64,000 nt of DNA from the human T2T-CHM13v2.0 reference genome, Homo sapiens. The translations under genes were made by a program, and so were the position numbers. Location of the stretch: the NCBI RefSeq assembly GCF_009914755.1, contig NC_060932.1; one strand, given 5' to 3'. Below, in pieces: positions 12,149 through 27,597 of the stretch. The notes below the pieces were generated by a model. It was not told the DNA's origin. It did not search any database and worked only from the letters and a program-made list of their open reading frames with translations. The stretch's first letter is position 1, and every line of letters begins with the position of its first letter.

Positions 12149-14508
12149 AACAAGGGCTATTGATTTTCCTTCCATGTTTAATTTTATATTCCACTCACTT
12201 CTGGAGTGCCAGTTATGTGCTAGATCTGTTAACCCCATTTGTTTTGATGGCAGTAATGAAGCTTGGCAGGGGCTGGAAATTTGCAAAAACCCCACAGAGA
12301 GGAAGTATAAGAGCTGGGATTCAAGCACAGGCCTCCCAATCCACACACAATACTGCTTCCAAGAAAATACTACCTGGTATCCTGTCCTGTTTTTTTCTGT
12401 TTTGAGAGATTCACCCTATAGAGTACTGTTTAACTTGAATGAATGGTTCCTCCTTGATCATTTCGGTGAAAGTGCTTTCCTGCGTCAAGGCCTTGTAACC
12501 CATCATCTGATGAAATGGAGTAGTTTTGTCTGTTTAAGTTGACCTTTTTATTTTAAGAAAATAATACACCCAGTGATTTTTGCCTACCTCTTATGACTAT
12601 ACTTATCTAGATCATATTAGCCCCTGTTGTCTAGTATGTGAACCTCAGCCCAAGAGACATGCCTGCAACCAATGAGTGTGACAATTATTCCTGTGTCCAG
12701 AAAACCATAGGTGATTAGTGGAAGAGGGGTTGTTAGGTTTGGTGCCCTGGAGCACCTCAGGTTTTTTGAAATGCTAAGACCAGAACACATAACTTGTCAT
12801 TTTAAAGACAGTATAATTTTAAAAACAGTGGTCTAGCCCAAAGATACTGGACATGACTTTTGTCTGAACTCTCAAATTAGTATCTCTAATAGTTATCTAA
12901 TGAAAAAAGATTCACTGCTTAAGTTACCAAAAATGTATTGCTCATCTTCCACAGATATTTGGAGAATTAGTCTAAAGGAAGAATAAAACATGCTGTCTTA
13001 TTATGTGTAGAAATATTGTTGAAGAAAAGGAATAAAATGAATGATCTAGAAAAAAGGCATTAACTATTAAAGTCCATGGCAAAGTACATGGACACAAAGT
13101 AGAGGTGACTTCTCTAAATAGGTTCTCTAGGCCCATGTCGCAATTCTAATACTCCTTTGCCTTTGAACTTTTCAGGACATTTGGGCACTTACTATCACAT
13201 GCAAATTCTCGAACAACTCACCCACATCCTCTCTAAACCGGGACCCAGGTTCAAGTCCTAGCTTTTGCGCTTAGTAGGTCGAGTCAATGAACCACCATTA
13301 ACATCTTGTGATATCTCCTTCTAGCCGTTGTCTTTAGCATTTTCAACCATTGAGATACTAGTGCATGATTTTGTATTCTGACTTCGTCACCAAATATAAA
13401 CTCTTTATTTTCATATTGTTGAAAGCTCTGTTTTCTATATCATTTTAAATAGCTGCATGCTATACCTTTGCATGGATACACAATGATTCTCATGTTTCTT
13501 TCTCTGCCATCAGAAGAAGTTCCACCAGGGAGTGACATGATGAGATTGTGCTGGTAGCTGCCTGGAGGATGACTGGAAAGAGTGTGGGTTCAGAGGGGCC
13601 AGAGCTACTAAGAATTCCTTTCATTAAATGATTATTACAGGAAAGTCTGAGCAGTATCACTGAGGAAGACCCTAAAGTCTATCAGTATAACTTTCTTGAT
13701 TTATAATGGAAGAAATGGAGACTCAGATTGATAAAATGACCTCACCAAGGTCTCCCAGCCTCACCTGGGCGATTTCTAACTCTCCATTCAAGGGGCTCTT
13801 TCTATTCAAGTTCAACTTCTACCACAGCCATATCATAACTGAACATAGGCTAAACCCACTTCCAGGGGACTGTTTCAGTAAGAAATAGAGATCCAGTCTT
13901 GAAATGCATTTAGCTGTTCATTTTTTTTACAAATTGTCAGTGTTATTAGCGATTACTGGCTGCTGGCTTCAAACCATTCCTTGCCTATCCAAACACAACA
14001 AATTAAGGAGAACAAATGATGTAACCTTGTTTTTAAAAAAAGCCATTGAAATGTCCCCCAAAGAGAGGAAGCTATTATTATCCCAGACTTATTAATGGGA
14101 AGATGGGAAGAGAGAGGCTAGGCAACTTCTCCAAAGTAATCAGCCAGAATTAGAAGTCAAAATTCCTGATGTCCACCAAGGGGCAAGAGCTCTGCTGGCA
14201 GTTTGGCTTTGCCCGCCATAGGGAGGGCCAAGTCAAACAGGATACAATTAAGGATAGAATTCCCATGCCTTCTCCTGCTCTGTGACCCCCTGACCAAGCA
14301 GCTCTTGCCAAGTTTCTTTGCTGCTGCTGACTCTCATGCTGTCAGCAAGATGAAGCAGAAACAACTGGGCAGGGCTGACTCTTCCACTGCCTCCTAGCCA
14401 TGCCTCACCCAGCAGTGGCTTCACCTCTTGGATCACAAATATTCCATCTGGAACTGGAGATGAGACCTAATTGCCTGCCCAGCTCCATAATCCAAGATGT
14501 AAAGTGAA

Positions 14509-14675
14509 GGCCCGGCATAGGGCCTCACACCTGTAATTTCAGCACTTTGAGAGGCCAAGATGGGAAGATTGTTTGAGCCCAGGAATTTGACACCAGCCTG
14601 GGTAACATAGGGAGACCTTATCTTCAAAAAAAAGAAACAAAAAACCCCACAAAAACAAAAACAAACAAAAAAAAT
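14509..14675 (+). mobile_element. Free left Alu monomer (FLAM_C-like)
   Basis: Single left arm with an A-rich tail; TSD AAGATGTA(A/G)AGTGA at 14494-14507 and 14676-14689. Confidence 0.9.
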
Positions 14676-14936
14676 AAGATGTAGAGTGAGAAGTATGTTT
14701 TCAAAAGGCATTTGCCAGGACTTTCTTGGTGGCAGGTAAGAGAATGTCAATTCATAAGAGATTAGGCAAAAGATAAATTCATAGCAAGAACTTTGAGCAA
14801 TTTAGTGCCCACATTTCCCTGCAAAACATAGGATAATAATAATAATAATAATCCCTGCTTATAACTGCATTAGATGGGGGCCTAAGCCTTGAATGACTTG
14901 TCTCATTAAATCCTTGCAAACTCTGAGATGCCTAGA

Positions 14937-15249
14937 TTTGTTTGTTTGTTTGTATTTTAGAGATAGTGTCTCTGTTTCCCAGGGTAGAGTACAGTGGTGT
15001 GACCATAGCTCACGGGAGCCTGTAACTCCTGGGCTCAATGGATCCTCCTGCCTCAGTCTCTCAAGTAGCTGGGACTTCAGATGTGCAACACCACATTCAG
15101 CTAATTTATTTTGTATTGAAAAAATTTTTTTAGAGACAGGGTCTTTCTATGTTGCCCAGGCTAATCTCGAACTCCTGGGCTCAAGCAGTCCTTCTGCTTC
15201 AGCCTCCCAGATTGCTGGGGTTACAGTCATGAGCCATTGAGCTCAGCTA
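14937..15249 (-). mobile_element. AluJ (highly diverged)
   Basis: (TTTG)n tail and dimeric body; TSD CTGAG(A/G)TGCCTAG at 14923 and 15250. Confidence 0.92.
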
Positions 15250-15704
15250 CTGAGGTGCCTAGTTTTATCAACCTTGTCTTATATAGGGACAAACAGGGCC
15301 TGGGAACCAGAAAGCTGTCAGGCACAATCCAGTCTCTGTAGGTATCAGGCTCCAAGCTGCCACTTGCTCTCTGCCTTCTGGATTTGAGGAAGGACAGACA
15401 CAGGCATTTGTAAGAACCTTGCATCCTGGCATTGTGACAATTCTTTAGGGGAAGTGTGATTATCTCCAATTGACAGACAAGAAAAGTGAGGCTGCCTCTA
15501 CAAGAAGAAAGTATTTATTTTATATTTAAAAGAGCATATGGATTATGTTTTTTTCTTTATGGTTTTGGGATCAAACCCAGTCAGGGTGCAAGGGTGTCTA
15601 TGACTGAGAGGACAGCAGCTTGACCCTGGAGGGCTTGTGCTGAAGAGCTGCAAGCTGAGGTTGGTAGTTCCCCAAGACTTGCAGGTATCTGTATGCATAA
15701 ATGA

Positions 15705-15930
15705 GTAAATTAACATTTACTGATACCTTTGTTGGTCAGACCCTTTGCTGGCCAAAGTCACATTTGCCATCTCATTTAAGATTCACAGCAACTGTGGAGT
15801 AGTAGTATTATTTCCATTCTACAGATGAGAAAATTGAGGCTCAGAGAGGTGACATGCCCTGGATCATTGAGCTAGCAAATGGCCAAGATAGAATTTAGAC
15901 CCACAAACATCACATTCTGGATTTGGGGCT
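15705..15930 (-). mobile_element. MIR SINE
   Basis: CCATTCTACAGATGAGAAAATTGAGGCTCAGAGAGG core. Confidence 0.8.
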
Positions 15931-16282
15931 CATTATGTTTTTCCTCAATGGTTCTATTTGGAATGAACACCAAAACTTTCTAGGTCCTTGGCCAAGAAGA
16001 GCAAAACAAACCACAGAAATACTTTACGTCCCACAGAATTACAGAATACCAGAGCTAGAAGGGCTGTTCAAGACTAGGAAATTTTATATTCCTTGAATTT
16101 TGTGGAGTTTCAAAATGCTTTGACACTTTTCTTAGAAAAATCCACACAGCACAGATACACAAAATCTTGCTTACAAGTCTGGGGGGAAGAATCACCCATT
16201 GCTTCATTTGCCTTCATATCCAACATGATTTAACATGATGAAAAGAAGTGGTAAACAGCAGCTCACTAGACTATGAACTTCT

Positions 16283-16697
16283 ATATTATTAATAGTCAGG
16301 ATTCTCCAGAGGAACAGAACCAATAGAATGTATGTGTGCAGATTTATATTCAGGAATTGGCTCATGCAATTCTTGGGGCTGGCAAGTCTGAAATCTACAG
16401 GACAGGCCAGCAGGTTGGAGACTTAGGGAAGAGGTGATATTGTAGTTAGAGTCCAAAGACAGTGTAAAGGCAGAATTTTCTCCCCCAGGGACCTCAGTCT
16501 CTTTCTCTTAAGCCTGTCAACTGATTAGATGAGGCCCACCCAAATTATAAAGGATAAGCTGCTTTCCTCAAAGTCTACTGATTGGAATGTTAATCTTATC
16601 TAAAGAATACCCTCACAGTGACATCTAAACCAATATTTGACCAAACGTCTGGGTGCCATATTCTAGCCAAGTTGACAAGTAACAATTAACTATCACA
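16283..16697 (-). mobile_element. MLT2 (D-like) ERVL LTR inserted into an L2 3' end
   Basis: TAGTCAGGATTCTCCAGAGGAACAGAACCAATAG…CTAGCCAAGTTGACA…AATTAACTATCACA; L2 tail continues to ~16800. Confidence 0.85.
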
Positions 16698-17167
16698 GCT
16701 CTGCAAAACAGAGCCTGGGTCTGATTCACTGTGTGTCTCTGAGGCTGAGTGCAGTTCCTGGCATAGACTGGCTGCTCATGACGTGTTGGCAAATAAATGA
16801 GTCAAATTCTAAAGCTCCCAGAATGACCTTGGAGGAAGCATGGTAGAAGGGAAAGAAGGCTATGCTCAGGCCAGAAGATTAGGTGTGATTCCAAGAAGCA
16901 ATTGGGAAGCAAAGAGTTGTGGGTTAGAGAGGTGACATTCAGGGACTTTGGCAGAGGTGTGGGCTTCTAGTGACCTTGCAGGTGTGTCTCAGTGGAGCAA
17001 CCCTGGTGGGGGCTCTGCACCTGCTGAGACACTGCAGCGCAAGGGCTGGAGTGGAAAGTGGCCTGGCCTGGAAGCGGGAGCTCCGGTCCCTGTGCTGCCT
17101 CTGGTGATCATGTGCTGTGGTCCTGGCAGATTGTCTTACCTCTCCGGACTCAGGTCCTGCGTCTATG

Positions 17168-17897
<730 letters not shown>

Positions 17898-18649
17898 TTC
17901 TAGATGCTCTTCAAGGTCTCTTTACATGAATGCCAATATGTTCCTCCAACTGGGCCCTAACACGTGTCAGGCATAATGCTAGGCAGTTTATGTGTATCAC
18001 AGAGGCAAAACATTCCAAGATTCTTAATTAAAATGCTGGACAGGCTTGGTATGGAGCATTCACAGGGTGGGGCTGGCACAGAGTGGGACGGAGCAGTGAG
18101 AGGAACAACATTGTCTGGCTAATTGCATGACTTACAGTCTGAACAACACTAAAGTGATGTTTTCTCATGGTCCAGCTGCCCTGAGAGTTCTTGCATAACA
18201 TGCCTTCTAAATATATATCTCTATACCTTTCCCAAAAGAGTTTGAGAAGATTTCATTTATTTCCCTAAGTCCTTCAAATGCCTGGGCTGGACATTTGCAC
18301 AGACACAGCCGTTCCTTCATATGAGAATGCCCAGGCTGTAGCCTTATTACTCACTCTGGTTGACCTTTTGATGCCCACTCTTGCTCAAGAATCTATGGCT
18401 GTACAGTAAGAAGTAAACCTCCAAACTGTATCTGTATTTTCTACGACTCTTTGGTGTCAAGAAATCTAATTTGAAATAGATCAGATGCAAGGGAAATTTT
18501 ATAGGGAAATTTTACCCATACCTGACTTAAAGCAGTTTGTGGGACAGTGGATGACAAGAAGACATAATCCTAGGTCTCAAGAAGCTTGTGCTCTTTCCCA
18601 TGGGCAAGGGGAGCCTATAAGAAAAAAAAAATTACATTTGATTTTGGCA

Positions 18650-18845
18650 TAGAAAGAATATGGGATTTGGGGCCAGGAAGCCCTGGCTTTGCCATGTACT
18701 AGCTTAGCAAATAGTGAAGTCTCTAAAGTGAGGCACTCATCCTCCCTTCCTTCCATGTTTATTTTGAGAATGGGCAAGATGTGTGTAAAGTGTCCACCAC
18801 GTTGTTGTCTGTCACATACTAAGAGCTTAACACATGACAGCTGTG
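18650..18845 (+). mobile_element. MIR SINE
   Basis: GGATTTGGGGCCAGGAAGCCCTGGCTTTGCCATGTACTAGC 5' part plus a MIR-like 3' part. Confidence 0.55.
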
Positions 18846-19851
18846 GTTGTTCTTATTACCATAGCCAGTAGGTGGTCTTGGAGTTGCAGAGACCCCTGTG
18901 GTCTGATGGGTCTGGGTGGTTTCAGAAAGGAGCTGGGCTCTAGCTGGGGCTTGGAGGATGGGTAGGATGTGGGTGGGTTGTTAGCACTGCAGGTGAGGGA
19001 ACAGCGTGTGCATGGGCGGAGGCAGAGGTAAGCACGGCATGTTCAGGGGACAGGTCAGACTGGCCTGGCTAGACAAGAGGGTTCACATGGGGGCAAAGGG
19101 TTAGAACAATGCCTGGCTTTTGTGATAGCTGGTTAGAATTGCCCCGTGGTCCTCTCTGAAATATCTGCCCCCTTTGCCAAGTGGAAATTTGCATTCCTTG
19201 TTCTGGCCAGATACTCTTTTCTCCCCTGCCTGCCTACCTGTAGGCACAGGCAGTGGAGCCAATGAATTGCCCTTATTCTCTGCCAAGTTTCCAATTAAGA
19301 GATTACATACCTGGCATTTCTATGGAGCCGGCCTAGGAGTGTGTCCTGAGTGAGGGTCAGCCAGGCCCAAAGAGCCAACCAGCATGCAGTGTCCAGGGAC
19401 AGTGGAGCAGACCAGGCTGGGGATCCTCTGACTTGGGATGGCTGTTTCCCAGGTTTCTCTCCCATTTCTGTGTGAACAAAATAACTAGAAATTCAGAGAG
19501 GGAACTCTTCACCCTGGTACACAGGATATTTTACTGGGAAGAGCCCAGAGAAGACATCCAGTGCTTAGTCCAACTTCACATCTGGCTTTGCAGAAGACAC
19601 TGCAGAGCTTTCTGAATAGGTGGTTGCAGCTTCTACTTGCAGACCCCAAATGCAGGGGCTCACTCCCTCCACCACAACCCTTGCTTCTGTTGACAGCTTC
19701 AGCAGTTTGCAAGCTTGTCCTTATATTGAATTATGTACCAATACTCCTTGTGTTTTCTTGTACTGCTTTTTGTTTTATTTCTGTTTATGTCTAGTTATAA
19801 GGATGGATAACATTATCTTAATAGCACTTCATAGAGAGAGCCTAAACTCTA

Positions 19852-20340
<489 letters not shown>

Positions 20341-20659
20341 CTAAAGAATGAGTGTGGTCTCTCTCATACAGGAGAGCTCTTTGAAATTTCCTTCCTTTGG
20401 GTGAGTAAGGCATAGTCCCTGGCCACAAGGAGATCATAGTCTATAGAGAACAAGAGAGATCTAGGAGGAAAAGTATATGAAGATACTCTGTCCTGGGATG
20501 GGGTGTATATAACAACCAAGAGAAGGAAGACGAAGGCCCCTAATCCACTCTGAGGCATGGATCTTTCCACCCTCTTATCTCCACCTTAAGTCTTCTCCTG
20601 TACTTTGCTGATAACATCAGTGGTCATTTTTATCTTTTCTGTTTCTAGCACTCTCTGAT

Positions 20660-20855
20660 AGTAACATTTTACTGAATACTTAGCGCATGCTGGGCCCTGT
20701 GCTAAGTGCTTTTCATAGATTATTTCACTTAACAACACACCAGGAAAGGATTGCTCTTCTCCTTCCTTCATGACTGAAGACACAGGACAGAAAGGTGAAC
20801 TAACCTGTTCCAGGTCACACAGCAAGAAGGGGCAGAGCTAGAATGTGAATCACAG
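20660..20855 (-). mobile_element. MIR SINE
   Basis: AACATTTTACTGAATACTT…GTGCTAAGTGCTTT…CCAGGTCACACAGC. Confidence 0.75.
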
Positions 20856-20961
20856 CCACCTAACCACACAGCTTCCATTCCTTCCCCCTGTACCAGTCTG
20901 AATACTTGATAGATAATACCACAACAGGTTTCTCTCAACAAATTAGGGTTGGTTCTATTCA

Positions 20962-21612
<651 letters not shown>

Positions 21613-21707
21613 TTACATTTGATCTCTACAACAATTTTGTGAGGTGCAAATTGAAGCAGTGTTTCTCAACTCTGGCTGCCCCTGTAATTACCTGGTGAGC
21701 TGTAAAA

Positions 21708-21894
21708 CAGTGATTCTCCAAGTGTGGTCCCCGGACTAGCAGCATCAGCATCCCTGGGGACTTGTTTACAACGCAAATTCTTGAGTCCCACCCCAGACCT
21801 ACTGAATCAGAAACCCTGAGGGTGGGACCCAGCAATTTCTGTTTGAACCAACCCTTCAGGTGACTCTATGTGAACTCGTGTGTAAGAACCACTG
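21708..21894. mobile_element. Full-length MER5A, directly after a MER5B-like 5' fragment (21657-21707)
   Basis: Terminal inverted repeats (TIRs) CAGTGATTCTC…AAGAACCACTG; internal CCCCAGACCTACTGAATCAGAAAC. Confidence 0.9.
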
Positions 21895-22149
21895 GACTGC
21901 AGGTTAGGTGTCTTCCCTAACCTGGAGATTAGGTCTCCTTGTTCCTCCCCCATTCCCAAAGCGAGTGGCTGGTCTGAAGTTGTGAAGGCATTGACATTGT
22001 TCCAGGGGCACAGAGAGAGCTGCTGGATGGAATACTTCAATCAGGAATTTATTAAGTGCCATGTGTGTACTCAATGCCTTGCTATATGCTCTCAGGAATT
22101 TGAAAGTCAGGGCTCAGAGCCCACCTTCAAGCAGTTGAAAGTATGTTAC

Positions 22150-22930
<781 letters not shown>

Positions 22931-23440
22931 AGGCAGAGTCAGAAGCTAGTGTGGAAGAGCACAATAGGTGGGCACCAGTGGTCCAGATGAGGACTTCAGA
23001 GGTCACTGGTCACTCTCAGAGGGGCCTGAGAAAGTCTGGCACGTCCACACAAGACCCGGAGATTATCCCCAGGCTGGCCAGGCCCCTTCCTGTGATCCCC
23101 ACACCTGGAAATCATGGGATCTGTCTTTGGTTCCTGAGATTCCAGGAACCTGTGGACTCTTCCAATCCGAGCTTAGTCTCCAGGAAACCCATTTGTGTGT
23201 CTTTCTTTTTCTCATTCTCTTTCTCTTTTAAAGAAAAATAAACCAGGGAAAGGCTCCCTTCCAGAAGGGGAACCTGAAAGCCTGTTGAAGTTTTTATAAG
23301 GGTCACACTCTCAGAAGCTCCAGTGTTAGCGATGAATCATCTAGTGCCTAAGTCCAGTGTTGCAATTTTACAGATAAAATTGTGGCCCAGAGAGCAGGGG
23401 CTTGCCACTGTAACCAGGAGATTGCTGACCATGTGTTTAA

Positions 23441-23763
23441 ATTTTTTTAGGCATAGAGTCTCACCGTGTTGCCCAGGCTGGAGTGCAGTGGCTATTCACA
23501 GGTGCACTCATAGTGCATTATATCCCTGATCTCCTGGGCTCTTTGGCCATGTTTCAAAGTTTCCTCAAGTTGCAGGTGGTGCAGCCTGAATGCCTTCAGG
23601 TTCTTTGACTCCAAGGCACTGCCTGTCCTTCCAAAGCCTGACTGCTTGTCCTAATTACAAGCGAAAAATGCAGGAGTCCCACCTTGACTTGTGAAAATGA
23701 GGTTATTGTGTTAAGCGATCCTTCTGCCTCAGTCTCCCAAGTAGCACGCCACCACACCTGGCT
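23441..23763 (-). mobile_element. FAM (fossil Alu monomer) interrupted by a 171-bp non-Alu insert
   Basis: GCAGTGGCTATTCACAGG is FAM-diagnostic; the consensus CTCCTGGGCTC|AAGCGATCC is split at 23541/23713. Confidence 0.85.
23542..23712 (+). repeat. Direct-repeat copy of 24452-24622
   Basis: Manual alignment: about 19 mismatches and 1 gap in 171 bp, with a 41-bp exact core GCACTGCCTGTCCTTCCAAAGCCTGACTGCTTGTCCTAATT. Confidence 0.95.
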
Positions 23764-23799
23764 CTGGCTACAGGTTTAATACTTTATCTTTTTCTGTTG

Positions 23800-24343
23800 G
23801 ACATTGAGTTACTGACTCTCAGCTCCAAACCCACTCTTTGCTACTCTGATTTATGATGCTGGGGCTGGGACTCTGCAAACCACATTTCTAGCCTGTCCAC
23901 TGGCTCTGAATTTAGGTTCTTGGATGGGGGTGTGAGAGAGGAAGAAAGCCTTGGGCATCTCTGCATCCTCTGTCCAAGAATGACCCCAGCAGCAGTAGTG
24001 GACTCCAGAGTCCCCTTGGTTTCAGGTTGCAGGCGTTCCACACTCCTGGGATCAGCCTCCTTGCACCCCCAGTACATACCAACTGGAGCCCCTTCTTTAG
24101 ACATCTGTGTTCAAGCTCCAGAGGGCCTCCCTCCTCAGAGATTCTACATTCTAATAATCCCGATCTTTTCTTCTGTTTCCTAGCCCTTGGGTTGGGAGCT
24201 GCTTTGACAGTTGCTGCTGTTGTACTTCTTAGTGCTCCCCCTTTTTTTCTACCCAGTACTTGGTTAATGATTCTTTGTATCAAGGTCTCTCTGTTAAAAT
24301 AACCGGTAGAGTTTCTGTCTCCTGATAGGACCCTAACTAGACA
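23800..24343 (+). mobile_element. LTR33-like ERVL LTR
   Basis: CTCCAAACCCACTC…GATGCTGGGGCTGGGACTCTGCAAACCACATTTCT start; TTTCTGTCTCCTGA…ACCCTAACTAGACA end. Confidence 0.75.
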
Positions 24344-24869
24344 TGCTGTTTTAAAAGCCCCATTTGCATCCTTTTGCCTCCTCTGGTCTTTATTCTTATC
24401 TTGTGAAGCAGGGTGTGTTAATGTTATCAGGGAAACTGAGGCTCAGGCAGCTTTGACCATGTTTCGAAGTTCCCTCAAGTTGCAAGTGGTAGAGCCTGAA
24501 GGACTCCAGTTTCTTTGACACCAAGAGCACTGCCTGTCCTTCCAAAGCCTGACTGCTTGTCCTAATTCCAAGGGAAAAATGCAGAACTCCCACCTTGACT
24601 TACGAAAATGAGGCAATTGTGTGCTCTATTACAAGCATTATAAAGACTATGCTTTAAATGATATATTCCTTGGAAGTGAAAGGGCAAGAACTAGAATTTG
24701 TTAGTAAGTCTTCATGATAAGTTCCAAAATCTCAATAAAATTGGATTATTCTATGAGGCTTTCAGTACTAAAAAAATTTTACTGTGAAAATGGTGTAGGT
24801 TCTTGTTTATTTTTTGTTCTTCTCTATAAGACATTTTATTGGTTATATATTTTAGGGGCAAGTAATTAG

Positions 24870-25194
<325 letters not shown>

Positions 25195-25324
25195 ATGTCT
25201 TGTATTTTAAAGTGCATAAAGAATATGTGTGTTCCTCTGTAGTATCAAGGAATAGGGTTTCTCCTTACTTGAATATTCTGTTGGAGTGACTGTAATTGTT
25301 ATATTGGCTAATCATTTGAAAATA

Positions 25325-25575
25325 ATTAGAATAATGTGGCAAATGTAATATTTACAGTGTGCCGTGCACTGTTCTAAGTGTTTTACATATATTAAATTAA
25401 CTTATGTAATTTCCACAAAAACCCTGAGAGTGGATAGTATTATAATATTTTTTTCATTGATACCATTAAGGCACAGGGAGAATAAGGAACTTGTCCAGAG
25501 TCACACAGCTGACATGTGTGAGAGCTGGGAATTGAACCCATGATATCTGGCTCAAGAGTTCTTGCTCCTATGCAG
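25325..25575 (-). mobile_element. MIR SINE
   Basis: GCACTGTTCTAAGTGTTTTACATAT…GTCACACAGCTG…GGAATTGAACCCA. Confidence 0.8.
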
Positions 25576-26448
25576 TATACTGACTCTGTTTCTCAGCTCA
25601 CTCCTTTTTTGAGTCTGCAGTTGTCATAGTCAGGTTGTTTATGAGTGCTGGAAAATAAGAAACAGAACAGCAATGCCAAGTCTGTAGAGCATATAAACAT
25701 GTTGGTGCAGTGCTATTTTAACAAAGGGTTGCCCCCACCCCCAGCGCTTAGAAAGTATGACGGATTGATTGCATTAATAGCCCCAATTATTCATGCCTCT
25801 TTTTATTCTACTTTTTGGTAATGCTCTCCCATGCTGACTCTGGGATTAACAATGTCAACTGCTGTATTAGATGTCTATGTTGTGTAACACATTACTACGA
25901 TCTTACCAGCCTAAAACAAAGTATCTTTCTTATTTCCCACAGTTTCTGTGGGTCAGGAATCTGAGCAGGGTTAAAGGGGCCCTTTATTTAGGGTCTCACA
26001 AGGCTGCAATCAAGGAATCAGCTGTGCTACCTTCCTTTCTGCAGCTCAGGTTCCTCTTCCAAGGTCACATCGTTTGTTGACAGAAGTTAGTTCCTTGCAG
26101 TCATAGCACTAACGTCCTCATTTTCTTGTTGGCTGGTAGCTGGGGACGACTCTCAGCTCCTAGATGTCACTGGCTGTTCCTTGCCACATGGCCCTCTTAC
26201 ACTGTGACAGCTCACTTCTTCAAGGCCAGCAGGAGAATCTCTTATTTATGTTCGCTATGATGGAGTCTTATAGAACGTAATGAGATCATGACAATGACTA
26301 TTCCAACACCTATGTACCATATGAGGGGACTTCCAAAAGTTCACAGAAAAATGGAATTAAAAGATACAAATTTAAAAATATAAACTTTATTTCCCAACAC
26401 AAGTTCCATCAAGTTCAAGAAACCTTTGTAAGTGATTATAAAAGTCAT

Positions 26449-26748
26449 GGCCAGGCGTGGTGGCTCACACCTGTAATCTCAGCACTTTGGGATGCCGAGG
26501 CGGGCAGATCACGAGGTCAGGAGATAGAGACCATCCCGGCTAACACGGTGAAACCCCGTCTCTACTAAAAATACAAAAAATTAGCCGGGTGTGGTGGTGG
26601 GCACCTGTAGTCCCAGTTACTCAGGAGGCTGAGACAGGAGAATGGCGTGAACCTGGGAGGCAGAGGTTACAGTGAGCCGAGATCACACCAATGTACTCCA
26701 GCCTGGGTGACAGAGCAAGTCTCCGTCTCAAAAAAAAAAAAAAAAAAA
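26449..26748 (+). mobile_element. AluY inside Hsmar2
   Basis: GATCACGAGGTCAGGAGAT, GCTAACACGG and GAATGGCGTGAACC diagnostics; TSD AAAAGTCAT at 26440-26448 and 26749-26757. Confidence 0.96.
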
Positions 26749-27273
26749 AAAAGTCATTTAGTTCATCCCTAAAGAACTGAGGGTCCTGGGAATTTAACCA
26801 TGTCAATGCAGTCTTTTAACATTATTAACTGAAGAAAAATGGATGCCATTTAAAGATTTTTTTTAAGATTAGGATACAAAAAATAAGTCAGAAGAAGTCA
26901 GGTCAGGAATGTAAGGTGAATGCCTAGTGATTTCCCTTCAAAACTCTTGCAGAATTTTCCTTGGTTGATGAGAAGAATGAGAAGCAGCACTGTTGAAAGA
27001 CTCTCTGGTGAAGCATTCCCAGGCATTTTTCTGCTAAAGCTTTGGCTAACTTTCTCAAAACACTCTCAAAACAAGCACATGTTATTGCTCCTTGGTCTTC
27101 CAGAAAGTCAAGCAAAGTTCCTTGAGCATCCCCCAGAACCGTTGCCATGACCCTTGGTCTTGACCCCTCCACTTTTGCTTTGACTGTAAACTTTCATCTC
27201 TTGGTAGCCATGGCTTTGATTGTATTTTGTCTTCAGGATTATACTGGTAAAGCCATGTTTCATTTCCTGTTAA

Positions 27274-27597
<324 letters not shown>

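Noticed and set aside
26449-26748. Human-specific AluYa5, suggested by ATCCCGGC
   Set aside because: The other Ya5 diagnostics (such as CTAAAACGG) are absent, and CpG decay is too extensive for a very young element.
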